Source: a virus (lineage: Duplodnaviria > Heunggongvirae > Uroviricota > Caudoviricetes). From it: DNA of 19,381 nt. Below the pieces are notes generated by a model. The model had not been told where the DNA came from. It did not search any database and saw only the letters and a program-made list of their open reading frames with translations. Each line of letters opens with the position of its first letter. Within the stretch, counting starts at the first letter, position 1. Where the stretch lies: positions 1-19,381 of the IMG/VR virus record IMGVR_UViG_2861069343_000003. One strand, 5' to 3'. Made by a program: the position numbers and the translations under genes. Positions 1 through 6,771 of the stretch are shown here, one piece after another.

Positions 1-552
1 ATGCATGACAATATTTGGTTTACATATAAAGCACGTATCCAAGCGCACCATCGACTAGAATGGCTTGAAAAACACTCTCAATTTATCCTCGTTTGGTATG
101 CTATATTGAGTGCGGTACTTTCAATTGTAACGTTGCGATTTCCAAAGGTTCTAGGAGATAATACAGATATCGTTGCGGCGATACTTTCAGTGGCTCTACT
201 GGGTATTTCTCTGATCGTATCTAACCTAGATTTTCGTGGTCGAGCAATAGCTATGAGAAGGAATTATATTGCACTACAGCGACTCTATTTTGACATTACC
301 ACCAGTCAACAGTTATCTCTTGAACAGAAAGAAAAATATTTTAATTTGCTCAATGAGGTTGAGAATCACCGTGACATAGATGATAAAATTTCAAGGGTAA
401 CTCAAGTTGGACTTAAGACGAGGATCCCCACACAAAAAGAAAAAATAATTGTTATTTTATGGATATTACTTCGAATATTTATTACTGCCGCACTTTATAT
501 ACTCCCATTAATATATCTTTGGATTGACTATGACTGCAAGCAGAATTTTTAA
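1..552 (+). CDS. Small integral membrane protein with a SLATT-like architecture (two N-proximal TM helices, a soluble helical segment and a C-terminal TM helix). It is the upstream partner of the reverse transcriptase. It may be 5'-partial because the ORF begins at base 1 of the window.
   Basis: 183-aa ORF. Hydrophobic helices occur at about aa 28–46 (FILVWYAILSAVLSIVTL), 57–76 (IVAAILSVALLGISLIVSNL) and 148–172 (IIVILWILLRIFITAALYILPLIYLW). GC is very low (~30%), unlike the neighbouring phage DNA. The 3' end overlaps the RT start by 29 nt (ATGACTATGACTGCAAGC), which suggests translational coupling. The SLATT assignment rests on architecture and context, not a database hit. Confidence 0.5.
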   Translation: MHDNIWFTYKARIQAHHRLEWLEKHSQFILVWYAILSAVLSIVTLRFPKVLGDNTDIVAAILSVALLGISLIVSNLDFRGRAIAMRRNYIALQRLYFDITTSQQLSLEQKEKYFNLLNEVENHRDIDDKISRVTQVGLKTRIPTQKEKIIVILWILLRIFITAALYILPLIYLWIDYDCKQNF

Positions 553-1900
553 AAAGTCATTCTCGAAAAAAAACCTTCTAAAAGTATACTCTGAAAAAAT
601 CAAAGAATCAGGAGCGATTGGCATAGATCGGATTCGCCCATCAAAACTTGATTTGACAATAAAAAATGAGATCACTTTCATTTTTGAAAAGGTTAATTCT
701 GGCAATTACAAATTTACAGCATATAAAGAAAAATTAATATCTAAAGGCGCTAACTCTACACCCAGACAGATTTCCATACCAACTGCTAGGGACAGAATTA
801 CTCTTAGAGCTCTCTGTGAATGCCTTACGGAAATATATCCTAAGTCCAGATTAAAACTACCACATACAGTAATTGACTCATTGAAAGAAGCATTAAACAA
901 CAGTCTATATGCTGAATATGCAAAAATAGATCTTAAAAGTTTCTATCCTTCAATTGAACATAAATTGATAATTAATGCAATAAAAAATAAAATTAGAAAA
1001 AAAGAAATTAGACAGTTAATAACATCATCATTAATCGTGCCTACTGTAAGTGGAACCACAGGAAGCAAAGGTATCCCTAATAATACCAGAGGAGTACCTC
1101 AGGGATTAGCGATATCAAACATTTTAGCTGAAATATCACTATCTAATTTCGATGATGAAATCAATAAAATGCATGACATATGGTACATGCGATACGTTGA
1201 TGACATTCTTATTTTAACACCAAAATATCAAGCAACAAAAATAGCTTCTCATATCATTGATAAGCTTCAATCATTAAATTTAAACCCACATCCATTAAAT
1301 GAAGAGAACTCAAAATCCAAAGTAGGCAGTTTGGATGAAAGTTTTAACTTTTTGGGATACCACATAGAAAATCGAGAATTATTGATAAAACATGAGAGCA
1401 TTCTTAGATTTGAGTCATCCTTAGCAAAAATTTTTACTGCATATAGGCACGCTCTACTACAAGCTAAAAGTAAGCGTGATAAAGAACGAGCTGTTGCATA
1501 TTGTCAGTGGAAACTAAATCTCAGAATTACGGGATGTGTGTTTGAAGGTAAACGATTGGGATGGGTATCGTACTTCTCACAAATAACCTCAACAGCTCAA
1601 CTTCGCTCTGTTAATCATACTATCAATAATCTTATCCGCCGATTCGGCCTTTCATCAGAAATAAAACCAAAATCTTTGATTAAAACTTTCTATGAACTCC
1701 GCAGAGGTAGAGCGGAGACTTTTAAATACATACCTAACTTTGACAATCTACATATATCTCAGAAACGAGAACTTGTTTCTATGTGGATAGGTAAAGAGAA
1801 GGAAAAAAAACTTAGCAATAGTGAAATAGAGAGGAAGTTTAAATTTAAAATTGCGAAATCAGTAAAAGAGCTTGAAGAGGATATTTCAGGAATATCATAG
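524..1900 (+). CDS. Reverse transcriptase, prokaryotic defence-associated type (UG/Abi-like or retron-like). It has a complete finger/palm motif set and a ~200-aa alpha-helical C-terminal extension.
   Basis: 458-aa ORF. RT motifs are visible: GIDRIRPS (motif 1), RQISIPTARDRITLRAL (motif 2), AKIDLKSFYPSIEHKLI (motif 3), RGVPQGLAISNILAEISL (motif 4, QGxxxSP type; DNA ~1091–1111), YMRYVDDILIL (motif 5 with YVDD catalytic box; DNA ~1194–1205) and FLGY (motif 7). There is no maturase/X, Zn-finger or endonuclease domain, so it is not a group II intron. There is no DGR-type I/LGxxxSQ motif 4. It is AT-rich (~32% GC). The alternative start at 530 (MTASRIF) cannot be excluded. Confidence 0.85.
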   Translation: MTMTASRIFKKSFSKKNLLKVYSEKIKESGAIGIDRIRPSKLDLTIKNEITFIFEKVNSGNYKFTAYKEKLISKGANSTPRQISIPTARDRITLRALCECLTEIYPKSRLKLPHTVIDSLKEALNNSLYAEYAKIDLKSFYPSIEHKLIINAIKNKIRKKEIRQLITSSLIVPTVSGTTGSKGIPNNTRGVPQGLAISNILAEISLSNFDDEINKMHDIWYMRYVDDILILTPKYQATKIASHIIDKLQSLNLNPHPLNEENSKSKVGSLDESFNFLGYHIENRELLIKHESILRFESSLAKIFTAYRHALLQAKSKRDKERAVAYCQWKLNLRITGCVFEGKRLGWVSYFSQITSTAQLRSVNHTINNLIRRFGLSSEIKPKSLIKTFYELRRGRAETFKYIPNFDNLHISQKRELVSMWIGKEKEKKLSNSEIERKFKFKIAKSVKELEEDISGIS

Positions 1901-1963
1901 ATATGTAATCCATTAAGTCATTAAAATATATCGCAATAAACACACTATTTAAACTCACAAACC

Positions 1964-2003
1964 AGCCGCAGTATCCTGCCATGGCAAGTTGCTGCGGCTT
2001 TTT
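1964..2003. terminator. Hairpin plus T-run terminator closing the RT operon. It probably acts bidirectionally for the convergent minus-strand small gene.
   Basis: The stem AGCCGCAG (1964–1971) pairs with CTGCGGCT (1992–1999). Its interior holds the self-complementary TGCCATGGCA. It is followed by TTTTT (1999–2003) on the plus strand. On the minus strand the same stem is followed by GGTTTGTGAGTTT. Confidence 0.6.
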
Positions 2004-2007
2004 ATGT

Positions 2008-2301
2008 TCAACGGATCAACAGCCAGATCAGAAGACACGCTACCATCGGCACAGCAAAATCCATCAGGCTTGCCACATCCCATGCGCGTGGATCAAAACC
2101 GCCCCACCACGGCATGTTAATCCGCTTGCCATGCCCGAACATTTCAATCCAGCGATATTATGCTTGGGTGTGTTCGCCCGCAATGAAGAACGTACAACTG
2201 GCTATCGCTCCGTAAACCCAGTTTCCGGTAAAAAGCCCCACCAGTATCTGCGCAGCCACAGCACAAAGTGCATGAAGGAAAGGTGTTATACCCATTTTCA
2301 T
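2008..2301 (-). pseudogene. Small hydrophobic (membrane) protein gene interrupted by an in-frame TAA at codon 48 (plus-strand 2158–2160).
   Basis: The reverse-strand frame reads MKMGITPFLHALCAVAAQILVGLFTGNWVYGAIASCTFFIAGEHTQA*YRWIEMFGHGKRINMPWWGGFDPRAWDVASLMDFAVPMVACLLIWLLIR*. This is 96 codons with a single internal ochre stop and otherwise continuous coding character. The overlapping plus-strand ORF 1981..2313 has a wrong-frame-like composition rich in C, H, R and P. Confidence 0.45.
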
Positions 2302-2337
2302 CCTACCCAATAAAACGGGGCGCACAGCCCCTTAATA

Positions 2338-5300
2338 TTATTTAGAGGCAAGCGCCGCCTCAATTGCAGATAATCTTTGTTTTAATTCTGCGTTTTCTTC
2401 TTCCAGCGAGGTAACGCGATCATCTGTTTCACGGGCGACCTGAACAAGTAAACCCGTCACGGCGGCGTAGTCAACATTAAGATAGCGCGTTTCTTCGCGT
2501 AGCTCGTTGCCGTCAACGGTCGGGCCTTGCAACTCTTCACCGTAATGGATGAATGAACCAACGGCCTCCGGGATGGCCTCTTCAACTTCCTGGGCTATAA
2601 CCCCGGCGCAATGTGCCCCATTCTCCTTGAGCGTGTACGTGTATCCATTAATTTTGCGGATTGCGTCAGTCGCGTTATCGATAATCTCGATATTTTCTTT
2701 CAGTCTGCGGTCTGATGACTGATTCAGTGTGGTGCAGTTAACACTTCCGTTTACAGTAAGGTTTTGCCCGTCTGTTGTTTTTTGCGCATAAAACAGATAC
2801 GCAGCAGACGTGCCAACCTCAAAAACGTTTTGTCGAGTACTGGAACCCCACACCCTGATACTAACTGGTAGTTCTGAATTACCTGAATTAAGTAAAGCAA
2901 AACGATTGCCAGTCCCTGTTTGTTTTCTAATTACTAAATCGGCAGTTGAGTTAACCTCATCTTTGTTGATGGTTAGCGCCTGTGCTGTAGCACCGTTGAC
3001 AGTACCGCTTAGTAGTTGCACCGCGCCATCATCGCCATTTAACAGCACTTGAGCGCTGCTTCTGTGGTTTTTAAGGCACAACATTTTTCCCGTGTTTTTC
3101 GATGTACCTACTGACCACGCCGAATTGGTTCCAGTGCTATCAACACCGCGCACAGCACAATTCATACTACTGTAATCTGACGTACTCCCCAGCACATCAA
3201 CACGCCCGCCGCCTAATTTTGATGGAGTCGTCGAGGTTAACGACCTGACGGTTACATCCTGATTCCATCCTGAAACAACTACCTGACTCCACTCCGTCCA
3301 ACTTCCATTGACAACAAAGCGAACGTATATGCGTTTTGTGTCGCTGCCAATCAGCGTTTGCATGATCGCATAATCTGAACCCGTAGTTTTACGAGTAGAT
3401 TCTACACGTAGCAAAAAGTTACCGCTTACGCCGTCAGGCTTATTGGTAATATATGCACCACCTGCGACAGTTTTGCATTGATAGTATTTAACAGATCCAG
3501 CCACTGTATTAGCAATGATCAAGTCGTTTAAATCAATAGTCTTGTTGTCAATGGTTTCCGGCTCGATAGATCCCGCCATACCTGCGTTAAATGTGGCAAG
3601 GTCAGAAAAGGTTGTTTTACCGCCTACCGTCACCCCGCTATCGAGTTTTGCTTGTGTGATTACTTTGCTGTTTTTTGTGTGGTCAGAATAACTACCAAAA
3701 TACAAATCACCGTCACCAGCTATACCCAGGTATTTTTGATCAACATCATCAACCTTAAACCCAATGGACAAGTTTTTAATTGTGTTGTTGCTCGTTAAAA
3801 CCAAAGGCGTATGCTGAGATCCTTTGATGCTTACCGTAGTGTTATCGGAACTGGTGCTTGTGTTTGCAAATTCTGCGGTGGCTGCGCTGATTTTGTAAGT
3901 TATTTTTAGATTGCGGGCCTCAACCCTCCCGTCGTGGCGAACAATAAAATCACCACTTGATTCACCTTTTGTGTTTTTCGCCCTGATGTGGATTTCGCCA
4001 AGTGATTCGTTGTTTTCAGGCGACCAAACAACGCCGCGCTCGCTTCCGTCGTTGTTCATGAACCACAGATGAGCGGTTCCTTTTGCTGATTTTAGCCTGA
4101 TAGATGGCGTTTCTTTCAATATATCAAGATCACCAGACATAACATCGCCGGATTTTTTCACCTGCGCATCGTTCGTTACGTTGCCAAGTCCAACATCCGA
4201 TTTCGACGGCTTGTTTGCCGAGCCGTATAGCTCATTGACGCTAAAAGTCCCGTTGTTAAGCCGGGCATCGTTGCCGGCATAGATCTTAATCTTCGCGGTT
4301 GAGTAGTCGATATTGATCGCTGACCACGTATCGCCGCACCGCGAGAATATACCAGAACCGTGGCTATAAATGGTCGCCGTGCTTCCGGTCGGCCTATCAC
4401 CGCGCCAGAAATGACCACCTTTGTCACGCAGAGCTTTTAAGATCTCTACATCGCTCATCTTGCCGTTTGTTGATATCCCGCTACCGCCAAGACCGAAAGC
4501 GCCTGTAAGCATAGCATTAGAAAGACCCAAATCTGCTTTAGTCGGCTTGTTTAACTGGTCGTAAATCCTTACAACGGGGCTTTCAACATATCCAGAAGGC
4601 GCGGCGGTTTGCTTAACAAATCCGTCTGGAATGTATAATTCCGGGCGTGCCGTCTGCGCCAGTACCGCAACCTTTGCGCCGTTGATAAATGCGCGCTGGA
4701 AGGCCCAAACCTCAATAAAGCCGTCACCTTTAACCAGGCCGTAACGCATCTGGTTGTTATCGGTCAGCCCGGTTGACCCTAAGCGGCGTATACTCAGATG
4801 ACGAGAAACATTATCCGCACTAAGCAAAGAAGGCAGACCGCGCGCCGAGATCTCGATAAAGTCAATGTTTCCGTAAGGGGAGCCGTAGTTACCAGCGTTA
4901 GTAACCATTAGCGTTACATGGCAATTGCCGCTTCCGGGATCGGAAAGTTTCGCGATCTTTATGTAAAAAGACTCATTACCAGTAACAACGGGCCAATCGT
5001 ATTGCGTCATCGGGCTGACGAGTCCCCCGACCTTGTCGAGATATTCTTTCGCCTTGTTCTCTGACGCTTTAGCGTTGGTTTCGCTGACCTTTGCTGCTGC
5101 CTCACTATTTTTCGCGTTGGTTTCTGATTTTTTGGCTGCTGTCGCGGAGTTTGCCGATGCAGTTTGTGAGTCTGCTGCCGCCTGTGCGCTGTTATCCGCA
5201 TTCGTCTCAGACGTTTTTGCGGCCTTCGCGGAATTTCCTGCTGCCGTTGCCGAGGAAGCTGCACTGCCGGCGCTCGAGGCAGCGCTCGTTTCTGATGATT

Positions 5301-6039
5301 TTGCCGCCACTTTTGAAGCCGACGCATCCCGGGCTGAGGTGGCAGCTTCTGACGCTTTCGTGGTCGCGGTGGATGCAGAAGTGGCCGCAGATTTTTGTGA
5401 TGCTGCGGCATTCGTTTCTGACGTTTTCGCTGCACCGGCACTGGTGGCTGCCGCGCTTTTTGAAGACTCTGCAGCGGCAGCACTTTTTGATGCTTCAGTA
5501 GCCTTTGTTGATGCCGTTCCTGCGCTGGAAGACGCTGACTGAGCCGACGACGCGGCCTGTCCGGCTGACGTGCTGGCTGCGCGTGCGGAGTCCGCAGCAT
5601 CAGTCGCATGGGTTGCCGCCTCACGGGCTGATGTGCGGGCATCACTGGCTGACTTCTTCGCGGCTGCCGTGTTCTGTGCTACTGCGGACGCGTTACGCGC
5701 CACCTCTTCCACCATCAGTTCAAAGCGGCGCAGTGCCTCCGGACGGACATCATCCTCCGTCATGGCACCGAGAAAATCATTCAGCGTACCCGGTTGTGAG
5801 TCTTCATACACGGTGATGGTCCCGGCATGCGATGGCGGGAAGCCTTCCACCAACAGAATAACGCTGTACTGACCGTACTCAACGTCCATGCTGTAACGCC
5901 CGGCTTCATCCGGGTTTTCTGAGGCCACTGTGTTCACCACCACCGTGGTGCTGTTGCGCCTGGCCTTTAGCTGAATGGTGCAGTTTTGTATCGGCTTACC
6001 TGCGCCATCTTTCAGTACACCTGAAATCCGTACTGCCAT
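2338..6039 (-). CDS. stf: Side tail fibre protein (1233 aa) with three parts. The N-terminus is like the lambda Stf tail-attachment domain. The shaft is a long Ala/Ser/Thr-rich degenerate repeat (DNA ~5052–5697). The C-terminus is a self-cleaving intramolecular chaperone domain (CIMCD, peptidase S74-like; DNA ~2341–2715).
   Basis: The N-terminus MAVRISGVLKDGAGKPIQNCTIQLKARRNSTTVVVNTVASENPDEAGRYSMDVEYGQYSVIL is near-identical in pattern to lambda Stf. AAKTSETNA-type repeats occur in the shaft. The C-terminal ...NQSSDRRLKENIEIIDNATDAIRKINGYTYTL... carries the S-D-x-x-L-K-x-N-I autoproteolysis signature of endosialidase-type chaperone domains and ends in a coiled coil (EEENAELKQRLSAIEAALASK). 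No separate tfa gene follows it. Confidence 0.85.
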   Translation of the reverse strand: MAVRISGVLKDGAGKPIQNCTIQLKARRNSTTVVVNTVASENPDEAGRYSMDVEYGQYSVILLVEGFPPSHAGTITVYEDSQPGTLNDFLGAMTEDDVRPEALRRFELMVEEVARNASAVAQNTAAAKKSASDARTSAREAATHATDAADSARAASTSAGQAASSAQSASSSAGTASTKATEASKSAAAAESSKSAAATSAGAAKTSETNAAASQKSAATSASTATTKASEAATSARDASASKVAAKSSETSAASSAGSAASSATAAGNSAKAAKTSETNADNSAQAAADSQTASANSATAAKKSETNAKNSEAAAKVSETNAKASENKAKEYLDKVGGLVSPMTQYDWPVVTGNESFYIKIAKLSDPGSGNCHVTLMVTNAGNYGSPYGNIDFIEISARGLPSLLSADNVSRHLSIRRLGSTGLTDNNQMRYGLVKGDGFIEVWAFQRAFINGAKVAVLAQTARPELYIPDGFVKQTAAPSGYVESPVVRIYDQLNKPTKADLGLSNAMLTGAFGLGGSGISTNGKMSDVEILKALRDKGGHFWRGDRPTGSTATIYSHGSGIFSRCGDTWSAINIDYSTAKIKIYAGNDARLNNGTFSVNELYGSANKPSKSDVGLGNVTNDAQVKKSGDVMSGDLDILKETPSIRLKSAKGTAHLWFMNNDGSERGVVWSPENNESLGEIHIRAKNTKGESSGDFIVRHDGRVEARNLKITYKISAATAEFANTSTSSDNTTVSIKGSQHTPLVLTSNNTIKNLSIGFKVDDVDQKYLGIAGDGDLYFGSYSDHTKNSKVITQAKLDSGVTVGGKTTFSDLATFNAGMAGSIEPETIDNKTIDLNDLIIANTVAGSVKYYQCKTVAGGAYITNKPDGVSGNFLLRVESTRKTTGSDYAIMQTLIGSDTKRIYVRFVVNGSWTEWSQVVVSGWNQDVTVRSLTSTTPSKLGGGRVDVLGSTSDYSSMNCAVRGVDSTGTNSAWSVGTSKNTGKMLCLKNHRSSAQVLLNGDDGAVQLLSGTVNGATAQALTINKDEVNSTADLVIRKQTGTGNRFALLNSGNSELPVSIRVWGSSTRQNVFEVGTSAAYLFYAQKTTDGQNLTVNGSVNCTTLNQSSDRRLKENIEIIDNATDAIRKINGYTYTLKENGAHCAGVIAQEVEEAIPEAVGSFIHYGEELQGPTVDGNELREETRYLNVDYAAVTGLLVQVARETDDRVTSLEEENAELKQRLSAIEAALASK

Positions 6040-6103
6040 ATTCCCCCCACAAAAAAACCCGCCTGAACCGGCGGGCTGTCATAACACTGTGTTACCTGGC
6101 TAA

Positions 6104-6703
6104 TCAGAATTTATAACCGACACCCACGATGAAACCGTCAGTGCGCCAGTCACCACTGCCGGAACCTTCATAAGCAATATCAATGGCCACGGATTCGGTC
6201 GGGTTAAACTGCACGCCAGCCCCCCACGCCAGAGACGTGTTGCTGTGGCGACCGTCATCACTTCCGGTCAGCACATCGTGCGTTTTCCCCTTGTTGTCAG
6301 TTACGCGGAGATAATCCCCGGAGAAAGTCGACACACGGCTGTAAGCCACACCCGCCATCGCATACGCGCTGAACCATTCATTCACGCGCACAGACGGCCC
6401 CGCCATCACGCTGAACCAGCGGTTACGCACGGAATCCTCATGCCAGCGGGTATCGCTGTAATGCGTTTTTTGCTCATCTTCAGCGTTGGCATAACTGAAT
6501 GACGTAATCAGCCCCAGCGTGTCCGTAAACTCATAACGGTATTTCACGTTAATCCCGTTCAGATTATCGCTGCCGGGAGCGTTCGTACGGGCATGAAGAT
6601 ACCCTGCGCTCAGTGTGGCCTGCTGCTCAGACGCCCATGCAGGCGCACCGGATACGGCCAGACAGATGGCTGCGGACAAAATGGCTGCACAAACTTTACG
6701 CAT
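6104..6703 (-). CDS. lom: Lom outer-membrane protein (Ail/Lom/PagC family) with signal peptide
   Basis: The 199-aa ORF MRKVCAAILSAAICLAVSGAPAWASE...GFIVGVGYKF matches lambda Lom almost along its whole length (beta-barrel OMP ending in a C-terminal F). It sits between J and stf as in lambda. Confidence 0.9.
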   Translation of the reverse strand: MRKVCAAILSAAICLAVSGAPAWASEQQATLSAGYLHARTNAPGSDNLNGINVKYRYEFTDTLGLITSFSYANAEDEQKTHYSDTRWHEDSVRNRWFSVMAGPSVRVNEWFSAYAMAGVAYSRVSTFSGDYLRVTDNKGKTHDVLTGSDDGRHSNTSLAWGAGVQFNPTESVAIDIAYEGSGSGDWRTDGFIVGVGYKF

Positions 6704-6726
6704 AATTACCTCTCGCTTTTCTGCAA

Positions 6727-6753
6727 TAAAAAAGGCGCCAGAAATGGCGCCCG
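6727..6753 (-). terminator. Rho-independent terminator between J and lom (minus strand)
   Basis: On the minus strand, GGCGCC-ATTTCT-GGCGCC (plus 6734–6751) is followed by TTTTTAT (plus-strand A-run 6728–6733). A lom RBS and ATG lie immediately downstream. Confidence 0.6.
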
Positions 6754-6771
6754 CATATGGGTTATGAAAAT

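Noticed and set aside
524-1900. Group II intron-encoded RT/maturase
   Set aside because: There is no maturase (domain X), DNA-binding or endonuclease domain. No intron RNA domain V/VI structures flank it. It is operonically coupled to a membrane protein.
1981-2313. 110-aa plus-strand ORF between the RT terminator and the tail fibre gene
   Set aside because: Its composition (rich in C, H, R and P) is typical of an out-of-frame translation. The opposite strand carries a far more protein-like, hydrophobic reading frame, interrupted only by one stop.
524-2715. Diversity-generating retroelement (RT next to a tail fibre gene)
   Set aside because: RT motif 4 is QGxxxS-type, not the DGR I/LGxxxSQ type. 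No Avd-like gene is present. The fibre 3' end is a conserved autoproteolytic chaperone domain, not a variable repeat. The RT block is compositionally foreign to the fibre gene, and no TR/VR-like repeat was seen.
5007-5872. Several 100–212-aa ORFs on both strands inside the tail fibre repeat region
   Set aside because: They are generated by the GC-rich Ala/Ser/Thr-coding repeats of stf and translate as poly-Arg/Pro/Gln or Ala/Phe low-complexity runs. They are not independent genes.
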